A stretch of 64,000 bases of DNA, from the NCBI GenBank assembly GCA_021737865.1, contig JAIPDC010000001.1, positions 8,448 to 72,447 of the forward strand, in the 5' to 3' direction. This document shows positions 29,795 to 38,357 of this stretch, piece by piece. The DNA is from Rhodoferax sp. GTDB lineage: Bacteria > Pseudomonadota > Gammaproteobacteria > Burkholderiales > Burkholderiaceae_C. The notes beneath the pieces are model-generated. The model did not search any database. It saw only the letters and a program-made list of their open reading frames with translations, and had not been told where the DNA came from. The position numbers and the translations under genes were made by a program. Each line of letters opens with the position of its first letter. Within the stretch, counting starts at the first letter, position 1.

Positions 29795-30874
29795 ATGCAA
29801 CCCACCTTGCCCAGTCCGACACTCTTAAAGGCGCAGGCAGGTGCCGCGGGTACCGGCTATGCCGGGCGCATGACGGAGGTGGACGCACTGCGTGGAGTGG
29901 CCGCCATGGCGGTGGTTCTGTTTCACTACACGACAAGGCTGAGCGAGCTCTTTCCCGGTGCCGGCACTGCGAGCTTCTCACTGCCAGATGGGCACTATGG
30001 GGTTAATTTATTCTTTGTGATCAGTGGCTTTGTGATTTTCATGACACTGGAGAGAACCACGCGGCCGCGTGACTTCTGGCTGTCACGGTTGAGTCGGCTC
30101 TTTCCATCCTATTGGGTGGCGATTGCCGCCACGTTCACCATTTGTCATGTTTTAGGCTTGCCGGGAAAGCTGGTGGGGCCCGGCACCGCCGTTGCCAATA
30201 TGGCGATGGTGCATGGGCTATTCGGGGTGGCGCATGTTGATGGCGTGTATTGGACTCTTGAGGTTGAGATGCTTTTCTATTGCGGCATGTTTGCGCTCTA
30301 CCGCCTGCGCTGGATGCGCCACATTCATTGGCTCCTGTGCGCGCTGATGATGCTGCGACTGGTCCACTTCGCCTTGCAGAAGGGCGCCGGGTTCGGCTTG
30401 CCGTGGACGGTGTATCGGCTCTTGATCCTGCAATATCTGCCATGGTTTTCGCTGGGGATCGGGGTGTTCCTTGCAGTGCACCGCACGCAGAACACACAGC
30501 GCTGCGCGCGCGCAGGGGCTGCAGCCATGTCGGTCTTGGCGATTGCCACCCTCTGGATATGCGAGTCCGCCACGGTGGCGATGCTGGCGGTGACTTTTGC
30601 GACAGCGGTGTATCTGGCCGCCACCAGCCGCCTCGCTTTTCTGCGGGCGGTACCGTTGGTCTGGCTGGGAACGATTTCCTATCCCCTGTATTTGCTGCAT
30701 GAAAACATTGGATGGGCTCTGCAGTTGCGTCTGGCCTCGTTGCACGTGCCGATGGATCTGGCACTGGCGCTCGCCTTGTCGGCTAGTCTGCTGCTAGCGC
30801 ACTCGTGCACCCGCTGGGTGGAGCGACCAGCCATGCGCTGGGCAAGAAACTTTCGCAACCGTGATGTGCGTTGA
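29795..30874 (+). CDS. Acyltransferase family 3 (OafA-like O-acyltransferase)
   Basis: DALRGVAA.AV..FH, GVNLFFVISGFVI, RLSRLFP.YW, YWTL.VE..FY, LG.ISYPLYL.H, VERP. Confidence 0.92.
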   Translation: MQPTLPSPTLLKAQAGAAGTGYAGRMTEVDALRGVAAMAVVLFHYTTRLSELFPGAGTASFSLPDGHYGVNLFFVISGFVIFMTLERTTRPRDFWLSRLSRLFPSYWVAIAATFTICHVLGLPGKLVGPGTAVANMAMVHGLFGVAHVDGVYWTLEVEMLFYCGMFALYRLRWMRHIHWLLCALMMLRLVHFALQKGAGFGLPWTVYRLLILQYLPWFSLGIGVFLAVHRTQNTQRCARAGAAAMSVLAIATLWICESATVAMLAVTFATAVYLAATSRLAFLRAVPLVWLGTISYPLYLLHENIGWALQLRLASLHVPMDLALALALSASLLLAHSCTRWVERPAMRWARNFRNRDVR

Positions 30875-30884
30875 CATTTTTCAA
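30871..30884 (+). promoter_or_regulatory. Weaker copy of the TTG-N8-CAA box (TTGAC-ATTT-TTCAA)
   Basis: AACAAT lies 21 nt downstream (30906-30911), ahead of the ATG at 30920. Confidence 0.45.
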
Positions 30885-30919
30885 GCCCTTCCCGATGCAG
30901 GCCATAACAATGTTCGGTC

Positions 30920-33523
30920 ATGACTGCCATTGTTCGATCTGTCGCCCGTTTACTCGGCCTTGTGTTGGCCGGAGTGGGGCTGGTCTGGTGTGGCGATGCG
31001 GGGGTTTCCATGACCCTGCCGCCGGCACTGCCACTGGTTACTGCAGGTGAGCCCTACCGCGCCACGCTGTATGCGGATGGCGCTCAACTTCCGCTTGAGT
31101 GGCAAGTTTCCGACGATGAGTTGCCACCTGGCTTGAGTTTGAACCGGATCACAGGGGTCATCGAAGGGCAGGCCTCGAAGGTTGGCCGCTACGAATTGCA
31201 TGTGACGGTGCGCGATGGGGCATATCGACAAAGCAGCGCGGTGGTGAAGATGGAGGTCATCGCGCCGGATATTGCACTGGTGCCCGATGCACTGCGCGAT
31301 GGCTCTCGACAAACAGGCAAGGCGCTGCCCTCCAGTGCGCAAGTGAGCGGACTGCAGAGTCTGCTGGCTTCCATGCCCGAAGGCAGTTGGGTGCAGGCCA
31401 GCCTGAATCGCTACGCCGATGTGTGGGCGCCTGAGGAGTTGCGCCCGCTGGACGTCAACGGCATGGGCGCAACGCCGCCCTCCAAGATCATTGCGGCATG
31501 GAGCGGCTACGCCTGGGATTCGAATCGTGGTGACCTGATTCTGTATGGCGGAGGGCACGCCAACCATCCCGGCAACGACGTTTACCGATGGCGTGGCAGT
31601 ACGCGCCAGTGGGAGCGCGCCGCATTGCCCAGTGAAATTGTCCGCGATGCTTCCGGCAACCTGACGGCAATCGATGGTCCGGACGCGGCCCCTGCCGCAG
31701 CGCACACCTACGACAACAACATCTTTCTTCCCGTGGTCGACCGGTTCCTGACCTTTGGCGGCGCGGCCTACAACAACGGCGGTGCCTACCGGCGTGCCAC
31801 ATCGGGCGGGCAAAGTCGCAACACCGGACCTTACCTGTGGGACCCTGCCAAGGCCGATCCGAACAAGGTTGGGGGTGCCACGGGCTCGCATGTCAAGCGG
31901 GTCAGCCCACACGCCGAAATTGTCGGTGGACAGATGTGGCAGAACCGGGACTTTGCACTCAATCTGGCGGGCAACGCCAGTCTGCCGGCGCTGCATCTGG
32001 AGGGTTGCACCGGCTACGCCAACGAAGGCGGTCTGGATGTCGTGTATGCCGGCGCGCGTTTGGGGTATGGCACCGCGACGCAGTTGTTCCGCTACGTGCT
32101 GCGTGACCTCAATAGACCACAATTGGATACGTGGACGCAATTGGGCGGCTATTGGGATGCACCCCAGGGCCAGACGGCCTGCACCTTTGATCCGGTGCAA
32201 AAAGTTTTTGTCCGACTGGGCAACGCGGCAACACCCTTTAGCTATTGGGACACAGCCGCTCCGGGGGGGAACAGCAACTACGAAAAGAGGATTGTCTTTG
32301 CCGAGCCTACCGGGGATTTTCAGGCGCGACTGAACGATGGACGGATCAACATCCGGTACTGTGGTTTCGACTTTGACCCGCAACGCCGCCAGTACGCGCT
32401 GTGGTGTGGTGGTGCAGACGTGTGGCTGCTCACGCCGCCTGCTTCCGTGTCCCCCACGGGATGGACACTGCAGAAGCAGGCACTGGGGATTGGCGGCGGC
32501 GCTACCCCCACCAGCGACACGGGCACCGGCATCCTGGGCAAGTGGAAGTACATCCCCAATCTGGATGCTTTCATGGCGCTGCAAGACAGCATTGCGGGCA
32601 ACATCTGGATCTATAAGCCGTTCGGCTGGGTCCCCCCGGACGGAGGCACTCCATCCAATCAGCTGCCCACCGTGAGCTGGGTATCGCCCACCGCTGGTCA
32701 GCAGTTCACCGCCGGCCAAGTGGTCCCGCTGCAAGTCAATGCAACCGATGCCGATGGCAGCGTGGCGGCGGTGGACTTTTACGATGGAGCCAACCTGCTC
32801 GCGCACGTGAGCGCAGCCCCCTGGCGCTTTGACTGGCCCAACGCCGCGCCGGGGTCGCACACGCTGAGCGCCATTGCGTACGACAACCAGGGAGCCAACC
32901 AAAGCGCACCCGCGATCAGCATTGCAGTGGTGCAGGCCAGCGGTGGAGTCCTGGTGTTGCAGGATGGCCTCAACGGCTATGCCGGCACACGCGACGCTAA
33001 CCTGGCCAGCAATGCGGTGAACATCAACTATGGCACGCTACCCACCATGATGGACATCTACCGTTACAGCGCGATGGTGGTGCGCTTTGCCGTTTTCCAG
33101 CGCGAGGGAGGCCCGGTGCCGGACAACGCCATTGTCAGTGCGGCAGAACTCGAGCTCTATAAGTCCACCAGCTACAGCGTCACGATGTCTGCCTACCGCA
33201 TGCTGTGTGACTGGCAGGAGCTGCAGGTCACCTGGAGTTCATGTCGCACCGGAACTGCGTGGTCGGTCCCGGGGGCATTTGGTGCGGGATCGGACTATCA
33301 AGCGGTGGCCGACGGCGCCGGTCTTGCCACATGGAGCCCCGGTTGGCTAAAAATCAATGTGACCGCCGGCCTGGTTGCCATGCAGAGTGGTGCGCCAAAC
33401 TATGGCTGGCGCCTGCGCCGCACGGCAGGAGACGACATCAATATCAAACGCTACTACGCGCGCGAGTACATGGACAACACAAGCCTGCGACCACGGCTGG
33501 TGGTGCATTACACGCGACCCTGA
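30920..33523 (+). CDS. Secreted multidomain protein: He_PIG-like Ig domain, beta-propeller, Big_7-like Ig domain and C-terminal DNRLRE-like domain
   Basis: Signal peptide. LPPGLSLN.ITG.I.G (He_PIG). GGGHA, HTYD and GKWKY (propeller). N..PTVSW.SP...A.DADGSV..VDFY..G.H.L.A.AYDN.G (Big). D..L, AELELY, NVT..L, NYGW.L and RPRLVV.Y (DNRLRE). Confidence 0.8.
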   Translation: MTAIVRSVARLLGLVLAGVGLVWCGDAGVSMTLPPALPLVTAGEPYRATLYADGAQLPLEWQVSDDELPPGLSLNRITGVIEGQASKVGRYELHVTVRDGAYRQSSAVVKMEVIAPDIALVPDALRDGSRQTGKALPSSAQVSGLQSLLASMPEGSWVQASLNRYADVWAPEELRPLDVNGMGATPPSKIIAAWSGYAWDSNRGDLILYGGGHANHPGNDVYRWRGSTRQWERAALPSEIVRDASGNLTAIDGPDAAPAAAHTYDNNIFLPVVDRFLTFGGAAYNNGGAYRRATSGGQSRNTGPYLWDPAKADPNKVGGATGSHVKRVSPHAEIVGGQMWQNRDFALNLAGNASLPALHLEGCTGYANEGGLDVVYAGARLGYGTATQLFRYVLRDLNRPQLDTWTQLGGYWDAPQGQTACTFDPVQKVFVRLGNAATPFSYWDTAAPGGNSNYEKRIVFAEPTGDFQARLNDGRINIRYCGFDFDPQRRQYALWCGGADVWLLTPPASVSPTGWTLQKQALGIGGGATPTSDTGTGILGKWKYIPNLDAFMALQDSIAGNIWIYKPFGWVPPDGGTPSNQLPTVSWVSPTAGQQFTAGQVVPLQVNATDADGSVAAVDFYDGANLLAHVSAAPWRFDWPNAAPGSHTLSAIAYDNQGANQSAPAISIAVVQASGGVLVLQDGLNGYAGTRDANLASNAVNINYGTLPTMMDIYRYSAMVVRFAVFQREGGPVPDNAIVSAAELELYKSTSYSVTMSAYRMLCDWQELQVTWSSCRTGTAWSVPGAFGAGSDYQAVADGAGLATWSPGWLKINVTAGLVAMQSGAPNYGWRLRRTAGDDINIKRYYAREYMDNTSLRPRLVVHYTRP

Positions 33524-33525
33524 GT

Positions 33526-33554
33526 GTGCGTATGTCCATGTGACGCATACGCAC
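33526..33554 (+). terminator. Stem-loop just after the stop codon (possible terminator or 3' stabilising hairpin)
   Basis: Perfect 9-bp stem GTGCGTATG...CATACGCAC with an 11-nt loop, between convergent genes. No U-tract. Confidence 0.45.
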
Positions 33555-33584
33555 CGTGGATGCTGTTTGTCAATATTTCGACTA

Positions 33585-33650
33585 TTGCTATTGTTATGAT
33601 AGCGCGTCGCGCATGTTGCGCGGGGGCTAGAAGGCATTTTGGCTAGAAAT
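33585..33650 (+). repeat. Intergenic REP-like repeat (GCTAT-N7-ATAGC head), copy 1
   Basis: Aligns without gaps to the reverse complement of 59350-59415 (CTAT-N6-GATAGC-N6-CGCAT-N-TT-N-C-N-CGG-N3-CTA-N7-TTTT). Resembles a repeat I recall from Comamonadaceae genomes. Confidence 0.65.
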
Positions 33651-33669
33651 TTCCGATCGGCTGACCACT

Positions 33670-34341
33670 TCAGTTAGGCTCTTTCCACTTGCCTTGAAGT
33701 TGTAGCTGCTCACGCAGCATCGGCTGGGGAAATCCTTGGGCGTAGGCCTTGTGCGCGTGGATCAGGGCCTGGGCGTAGTTTTGCCGCTCCAAGTAGAGCA
33801 GGCCGATGTTGTAGTGGGTGAACGGGTTGCCACCTGCGGCGACGGCCGCCAGCTCCAACTGTTGGTTCGCCTGTGCGTCCCGCTGGTCCTTGAACAGGTA
33901 GCTGGCATAGATCATTCTGACCGTGCTGTCTTTGGGGCGAAAGCGCAGCGCACGTTCGAAGTAGCACTCCACCGAGTATCCCAGACCCACCGGCTGTGAC
34001 GAGCGCTTTTTTTCGGCCAGCCGCACCAGCGACAGTAGTGCGCGGTGGTGGTTGGGGAAGGCCCTGAGCGTGTAGTCAATATCTTCACTGGCAGAGACCG
34101 ATGTCGCACCTTTGATAAGTGCCTCGACCTGCGGTGTGAAGTGGTGCTGCTCAACCACCCCCAGGCGACTCTTCTGGGTCACATAGTCAAACGGGCCGTA
34201 CTGATTCTCCAATGGGCCACAGGAGGCAGCCGCCGCCGGTGCCCAGCTTGCACTGCTGATCAATGCGGCCGCCAATGTGTGTTTTAAGACCGGTAGAGGG
34301 GTTCGCCGTGGGCGCATAGCGGGACTCTTGGTTGCGTTCAT
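33670..34341 (-). CDS. Exported TPR-containing protein of unknown function
   Basis: Signal peptide, YGPFDY, DYTLRAFPNHHRAL, CYFERALRF.P.D, HYNIGL.Y (TPR helices). Confidence 0.8.
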   Translation of the reverse strand: MNATKSPAMRPRRTPLPVLKHTLAAALISSASWAPAAAASCGPLENQYGPFDYVTQKSRLGVVEQHHFTPQVEALIKGATSVSASEDIDYTLRAFPNHHRALLSLVRLAEKKRSSQPVGLGYSVECYFERALRFRPKDSTVRMIYASYLFKDQRDAQANQQLELAAVAAGGNPFTHYNIGLLYLERQNYAQALIHAHKAYAQGFPQPMLREQLQLQGKWKEPN

Positions 34342-34377
34342 GGATCTCCATTTGATTCACTGGCGGGGCTTTACACC

Positions 34378-34391
34378 TTGCGAAAAAGCAA
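34378..34391 (+). promoter_or_regulatory. Palindromic box TTGCG-AAAA-AGCAA
   Basis: Within the inverted repeat CCTTGC-N6-GCAAGG. TAGACT lies 22 nt downstream (34414-34419), preceded by an A-tract. The 13-mer AAAAAATAGACTG is identical to the wzx promoter. Confidence 0.7.
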
Positions 34392-34431
34392 GGCTGAATG
34401 TGCGGTAAAAAAATAGACTGCGCCTCGCACC

Positions 34432-35112
34432 ATGACGATCAAACCCCTGCAACGACTACAGCTTCTTGTGCGGGAGTTGGGTGCCTTGACCGCGATACTG
34501 TATGCAACCGACCAGTTGCTGCGCCGCATCAGTCCGCGCTGCAAGCTGGTCTACTACCGCTTTGTGGCGCAGCCCGTGCGCGACCAACCCCGGCTGGCGC
34601 CGCACAGGGGCAAGGGCTTCGAGTTTCAGCTGCTACGTCGGGCTGAACCTACCCTGGCAGCCCTGGATAGGCCACCCGAGGTGATTCAACGGCGCTTTGC
34701 ACAGGGTGCTCACTGTTTGATGTCGACCAAGCAGCAGACCGTTGTCGGCTGCATCTGGTTCATGCAACAGGCCTATCTTGAAGATGAAGTGCGGGTGGAG
34801 TACGTACTCCCGTCAGATGGACGATGCGTGTGGGACTTTGATGTGTTTGTGCAGCCCAGCGAGCGGCTGGGGTGGCTTTTTGCCAAGCAGTGGGATGCCT
34901 TTGACCGGCTCCTGCAGCCGCTTGGGGTGCGTTACTCGGTCAGCCGCATAAGCGCTTTTAATCAGCGCTCTCTGGCGTCGCACGTGGGTCTGGGCGCACA
35001 CCACTGCGGGCGGGCACTGTTTCTGTGCCTGGGGCCGATGCAGTGGATGGTTTCCAGCGTGTACCCCTACCTCGCATGGGGCGGGCGTCCCCGGCTGTCC
35101 ATCCGCCCGTAA
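34432..35112 (+). CDS. Putative GNAT-fold N-acyltransferase
   Basis: RF..G..C, VVGCIW, WDFDVFV.P..R.G, SRISAFN..SL.SH..LG (acyl-CoA-binding-like motifs). Confidence 0.7.
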   Translation: MTIKPLQRLQLLVRELGALTAILYATDQLLRRISPRCKLVYYRFVAQPVRDQPRLAPHRGKGFEFQLLRRAEPTLAALDRPPEVIQRRFAQGAHCLMSTKQQTVVGCIWFMQQAYLEDEVRVEYVLPSDGRCVWDFDVFVQPSERLGWLFAKQWDAFDRLLQPLGVRYSVSRISAFNQRSLASHVGLGAHHCGRALFLCLGPMQWMVSSVYPYLAWGGRPRLSIRP

Positions 35113-35128
35113 AGCAACGGGTGACCTA

Positions 35129-35986
35129 TCAGACCTCATCGCGCGGATGGTACAGGCCGTGTTTCAGGGTGAGTTCGGCCACCCGCGCACGAAGAGCGGC
35201 ACTGGAGAAAGTGTGGTCTGCGCCGGGTTCATCATGGCGCACCAGGCGCGGGTGGGCCAGTGCACTCTTCCATGCGCTGTCATGGGCCGCGTGTTCCAGG
35301 AACTCCTTGGAAACATAGTCATCGGCACTCAAAAGCAGAAAAACGCGCCCTGAAAACGCATCCCATGCGGCTGCCATACGCTGCTGGAATGTAGACCTTG
35401 GTGGGGGTTGACGATCGCCCCGCAGCGCGATCCAGGCACTGCGACCCAGCCCGCCGATGGCATCAAGCTTCACACCCCCGCGCAGCAATTTGACCCAGAA
35501 GCCCGCGCGCATCAGCCGGTTCAGGTAGTAGTGCTTGACACGGGTGCGCGCCAGACTCGACTCTGATCGTACCCATGGATTGATCAGGCACAGGGCACTG
35601 ACTCTGGAATCCAGCGTGTCAAAGCAGTAGAGCAGCGCCGCAGATGCCCCGTCACACAGGCCCCACAAGGCAACCTGCCTGGCGCTGGGCACGGCACGCT
35701 GCAAGGCGGTGATGGCAGCGGCAATGTCGGTGCTGGTCGACAGGAAGTCGCGCGGCTCCCCTTCGCTGTCGCCCATGCCCCTGACATCAAAGCGCAGCAC
35801 GGCGTACCCTGCGTTGGCCAGTTCGCGGGACAACAGCACAAACTGCCGGTGGCTGCCGACCCGGTACTGCGGTCCTCCGACGATGACAAGAACACCCGTT
35901 TGTGCCGGCACATCAGGGCGTGCCAGAATGCCCAGCAGCCTGTCGTGCGCGCAGTCAAAGGACACGGCCTCTTCGGTGTAGGTCAT
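35129..35986 (-). CDS. Alpha/beta hydrolase 1, exosortase A-associated (TIGR03100-like)
   Basis: VGGPQYRVGSHRQF, RFD.RGMGDSEG, WGLCDGASAA, NPWVR, GADHTFS. Confidence 0.9.
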   Translation of the reverse strand: MTYTEEAVSFDCAHDRLLGILARPDVPAQTGVLVIVGGPQYRVGSHRQFVLLSRELANAGYAVLRFDVRGMGDSEGEPRDFLSTSTDIAAAITALQRAVPSARQVALWGLCDGASAALLYCFDTLDSRVSALCLINPWVRSESSLARTRVKHYYLNRLMRAGFWVKLLRGGVKLDAIGGLGRSAWIALRGDRQPPPRSTFQQRMAAAWDAFSGRVFLLLSADDYVSKEFLEHAAHDSAWKSALAHPRLVRHDEPGADHTFSSAALRARVAELTLKHGLYHPRDEV

Positions 35987-36834
35987 GTACCAGCCCGTGG
36001 TGAGAAGGCAGCGGTAGTTGCGGCGATCAGACCCGGGATGTCGCATATTTCGCTGGTCTGCCAGAACGAAGGGCCGGCAATGGCATGGCGCTCCAGACGG
36101 TAGCCGGATTGCTGCCACGCCATCAAGGCATCGGTCGCCAGTGGATGCAGGCATGGGGGCTCGAGGTCAGAGACTTCAAACCACTGCACCTGCCGCGGCA
36201 CGCTGGAAGCTACCGGTGGTGCAAGGCGCGCACCTTGCAGGCCCAACGCAAGATCCGGTGCGAGGGTGTAACCGGCAATTTCTACCGCTGCTCCGCTTTC
36301 CAGGGCCTTGCGCAGACCGCCCATGGCACCACTCTGCCGCCCCCCCAGCAAGTCGCTGGCGAGTTTGAGGCGCAGGAACTGTTGTAGCAGGGTACTGCCG
36401 GACATCGGTGGCTGCCAAAATAGGAAGTTGCACGGCTCGTCGATCCGCGGGGCTGCTTGAACGCCGAGCAGGCAACCCGCACGCAGGCCCCACAACCACA
36501 AGGGCGCGCTCGCAGGGCTTGCACCATGGCTACTGCCACGCCCGCGCAGCCAGAGAGCGGCTTGCACCACATCGTCCACCCAGATTTTCCATCGCGCATC
36601 GCCAAAATCTCCACAACTGTCACCGCAACCCATCAGGTCGACTTGCAGAACCCCATAACCCGCGTGTGCGAGTGCGCGGGATTGCACCGCAGCCATGTGG
36701 CGGGATTTGTTCATCTCTTCCGCAAACGGGTGGACGTAGAGCACCAGACCACGCAACGTGGATGTCTTTGCCGGGTGAAACAGGCAGAAGCGCTGCCCTT
36801 GCGTGACCGGCAGAAAGAAGGCCTCGACCGGCAT
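35983..36834 (-). CDS. Alpha/beta hydrolase 2, exosortase A-associated (TIGR03101-like)
   Basis: HPFAEEMNKSR, DL.GCGDS.GDF, WGLRAG, WQP, QFLRL, EIAGY, GPSFW. Confidence 0.9.
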   Translation of the reverse strand: MPVEAFFLPVTQGQRFCLFHPAKTSTLRGLVLYVHPFAEEMNKSRHMAAVQSRALAHAGYGVLQVDLMGCGDSCGDFGDARWKIWVDDVVQAALWLRGRGSSHGASPASAPLWLWGLRAGCLLGVQAAPRIDEPCNFLFWQPPMSGSTLLQQFLRLKLASDLLGGRQSGAMGGLRKALESGAAVEIAGYTLAPDLALGLQGARLAPPVASSVPRQVQWFEVSDLEPPCLHPLATDALMAWQQSGYRLERHAIAGPSFWQTSEICDIPGLIAATTAAFSPRAGT

Positions 36835-36847
36835 GGGTCCTGCGGAG

Positions 36848-37099
36848 TCAGACCGCCAACTTGGCGCGGACAAAGTCGGAAAGAGAACCCACCGTGGTGA
36901 AGGTGGAGGCGTCGATGTCGTCGTCATCGATCACCATGTCAAAGCGGTTTTCGAGTGCGGTGATCAGGGACACGACCGCCATCGAATCCAACTCGGGTAC
37001 GGCGCCCAAAAGTAATGTTTCCCGACCAAAGGTGGCTGTGCGACCGGCCAGCCCCAAAACGGTGTCAAGGACCTGCAATACTGCTTGCGATAGGTTCAA
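36848..37099 (-). CDS. Acyl carrier protein
   Basis: 83 aa and acidic, with the phosphopantetheine site ELDSMAV. TTG start after an AGGAGAG RBS. Confidence 0.9.
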   Translation of the reverse strand: MNLSQAVLQVLDTVLGLAGRTATFGRETLLLGAVPELDSMAVVSLITALENRFDMVIDDDDIDASTFTTVGSLSDFVRAKLAV

Positions 37100-37184
37100 T
37101 TTTCTCTCCTGCCGGGCTCACTTGCCCGGGCACATTTATTCTAGATTTAGGAACCCGAGGAGTCACGCGTCAGCTGCGTGCGGT

Positions 37185-37198
37185 GTGCGTTTTGTCAA
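37185..37198 (-). promoter_or_regulatory. Box copy TTGAC-AAAA-CGCAC upstream of the ACP-hydrolase operon
   Basis: Minus-strand TAGAAT (37143-37138) lies 41 nt downstream, placing the box centre near -61. Confidence 0.45.
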
Positions 37199-38190
37199 TC
37201 GCTGCAAAGTGCGGTCTGCACGCGGTGGTAGTCCCGGTACCACGCAACGAACCGACTGACGCCGCGTTCCATGGGAGTGTCGGGCACGAAGCCGACCCAA
37301 TCATGCAGCGCCTGCGTGCTGGCGTAGGTGGCCGGTACGTCTCCGGGCTGCAGCGGCAAAAAGTTCATCTTTGCCGGCATTTCCAAAGCCTTCTCGACAC
37401 AAGCGATGAAGTGGAGCAACAGTGCCGGGCGGTTGTTGCCAATATTGAAGATCCGGTAGGGTACGCTGCCGGATTGCGGCGTCGCGATTCGGTCCGTCAC
37501 ACGAACGACGCCTTCAACGATGTCATCCACATAGGTGAAGTCGCGCTGCATGTGCCCATTGTTGAATACGTCGATCGGACGCCCTTCCAGTATGGCCTTG
37601 GTGAACAGGAACAGCGCCATGTCGGGTCGCCCCCATGGCCCGTAGACGGTAAAGAAGCGCAGCCCGGTTGTCGGCAAACCATACAGGTGGCTGTAGGTGT
37701 GCGCCATCAGTTCGTTGGCTTTTTTGGTCGCGGCATACAGGCTCACTGGATGGTCTACGCGGTCGTCCTCCGCGAACGGCATTTTGGTGTTGCCCCCATA
37801 CACGCTGGAGCTTGAGGCATAGACCAGATGCTGCACGGCGGTATGGCGGCAGCCTTCCAGGATGTTCAGAAAGCCCGAAATATTGCTGTCGACATAAGCG
37901 TGCGGATTTTGCAGGGAATAGCGAACGCCAGCCTGAGCGGCGAGGTGAATCACACGGTCAAACCGTTCAGTCTCGAACAGGCTTTGCACCGCCGCCCGAT
38001 CACCGATATCCATTTTGAAGAAGCGGAAACGTGGGTGCGTGGTCAGCCGCGCAAGCCGGTCCTGTTTGAGGCGCACATCGTAGTAGTCGTTGAGGTTGTC
38101 CAGGCCAACAACTTCATCTGCGCGCGCCAGCAGACGCAATGCCGTGGTCATGCCGATGAAGCCTGCGGCCCCCGTCACTAGTATTTTCAT
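37195..38190 (-). CDS. UDP-glucuronate 4-epimerase-like NAD-dependent epimerase
   Basis: [63 protein letters not shown]. Confidence 0.92.
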   Translation of the reverse strand: MKILVTGAAGFIGMTTALRLLARADEVVGLDNLNDYYDVRLKQDRLARLTTHPRFRFFKMDIGDRAAVQSLFETERFDRVIHLAAQAGVRYSLQNPHAYVDSNISGFLNILEGCRHTAVQHLVYASSSSVYGGNTKMPFAEDDRVDHPVSLYAATKKANELMAHTYSHLYGLPTTGLRFFTVYGPWGRPDMALFLFTKAILEGRPIDVFNNGHMQRDFTYVDDIVEGVVRVTDRIATPQSGSVPYRIFNIGNNRPALLLHFIACVEKALEMPAKMNFLPLQPGDVPATYASTQALHDWVGFVPDTPMERGVSRFVAWYRDYHRVQTALCSD

Positions 38191-38256
38191 TTATGGAAAT
38201 TCGATGCACGTTGAGTTGGACGATGCCCAATGTCTCCCAAGCGTTGGGCCGGTCGC

Positions 38257-38270
38257 TTGATAAATAACAA
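38257..38270 (+). promoter_or_regulatory. Box copy TTGAT-AAAT-AACAA (one mismatch to the FNR consensus)
   Basis: TAACCT lies 21 nt downstream (38292-38297), upstream of the flavoprotein gene. Confidence 0.55.
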
Positions 38271-38357
38271 ATGCGCCCGCGCTGCCTCCACTAACCTGTC
38301 TTACGAAGGGTTGAAGGCAGTCACTTTCGGCTGGACCTTATTCCCGTGGGAGTACGC

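Noticed and set aside
30871-30876. Perfect sigma-70 -35 hexamer TTGACA
   Set aside because: No -10 element at 16-18 nt. It is better explained as the left arm of the TTG-N8-CAA box overlapping a stop codon.
30950-32902. 650-aa minus-strand ORF, and similar long antisense ORFs (4470..5414, 22932..23837, 24817..25827, 38301..39476, 40267..41025)
   Set aside because: Shadow frames opposite well-supported genes in GC-rich DNA, with no recognisable motifs or RBS.
33568-33583. TGTCAATATTTCGACT resembling a PrsR enhancer
   Set aside because: The spacer is N10 rather than N11, it lies between convergent genes, and no sigma-54 promoter is nearby.
37112-37129. CCGGGC-N6-GCCCGG hairpin in the ACP leader
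   Set aside because: A 6-bp GC stem is expected by chance at this GC content and does not cover the RBS. Not enough to call a riboregulator.
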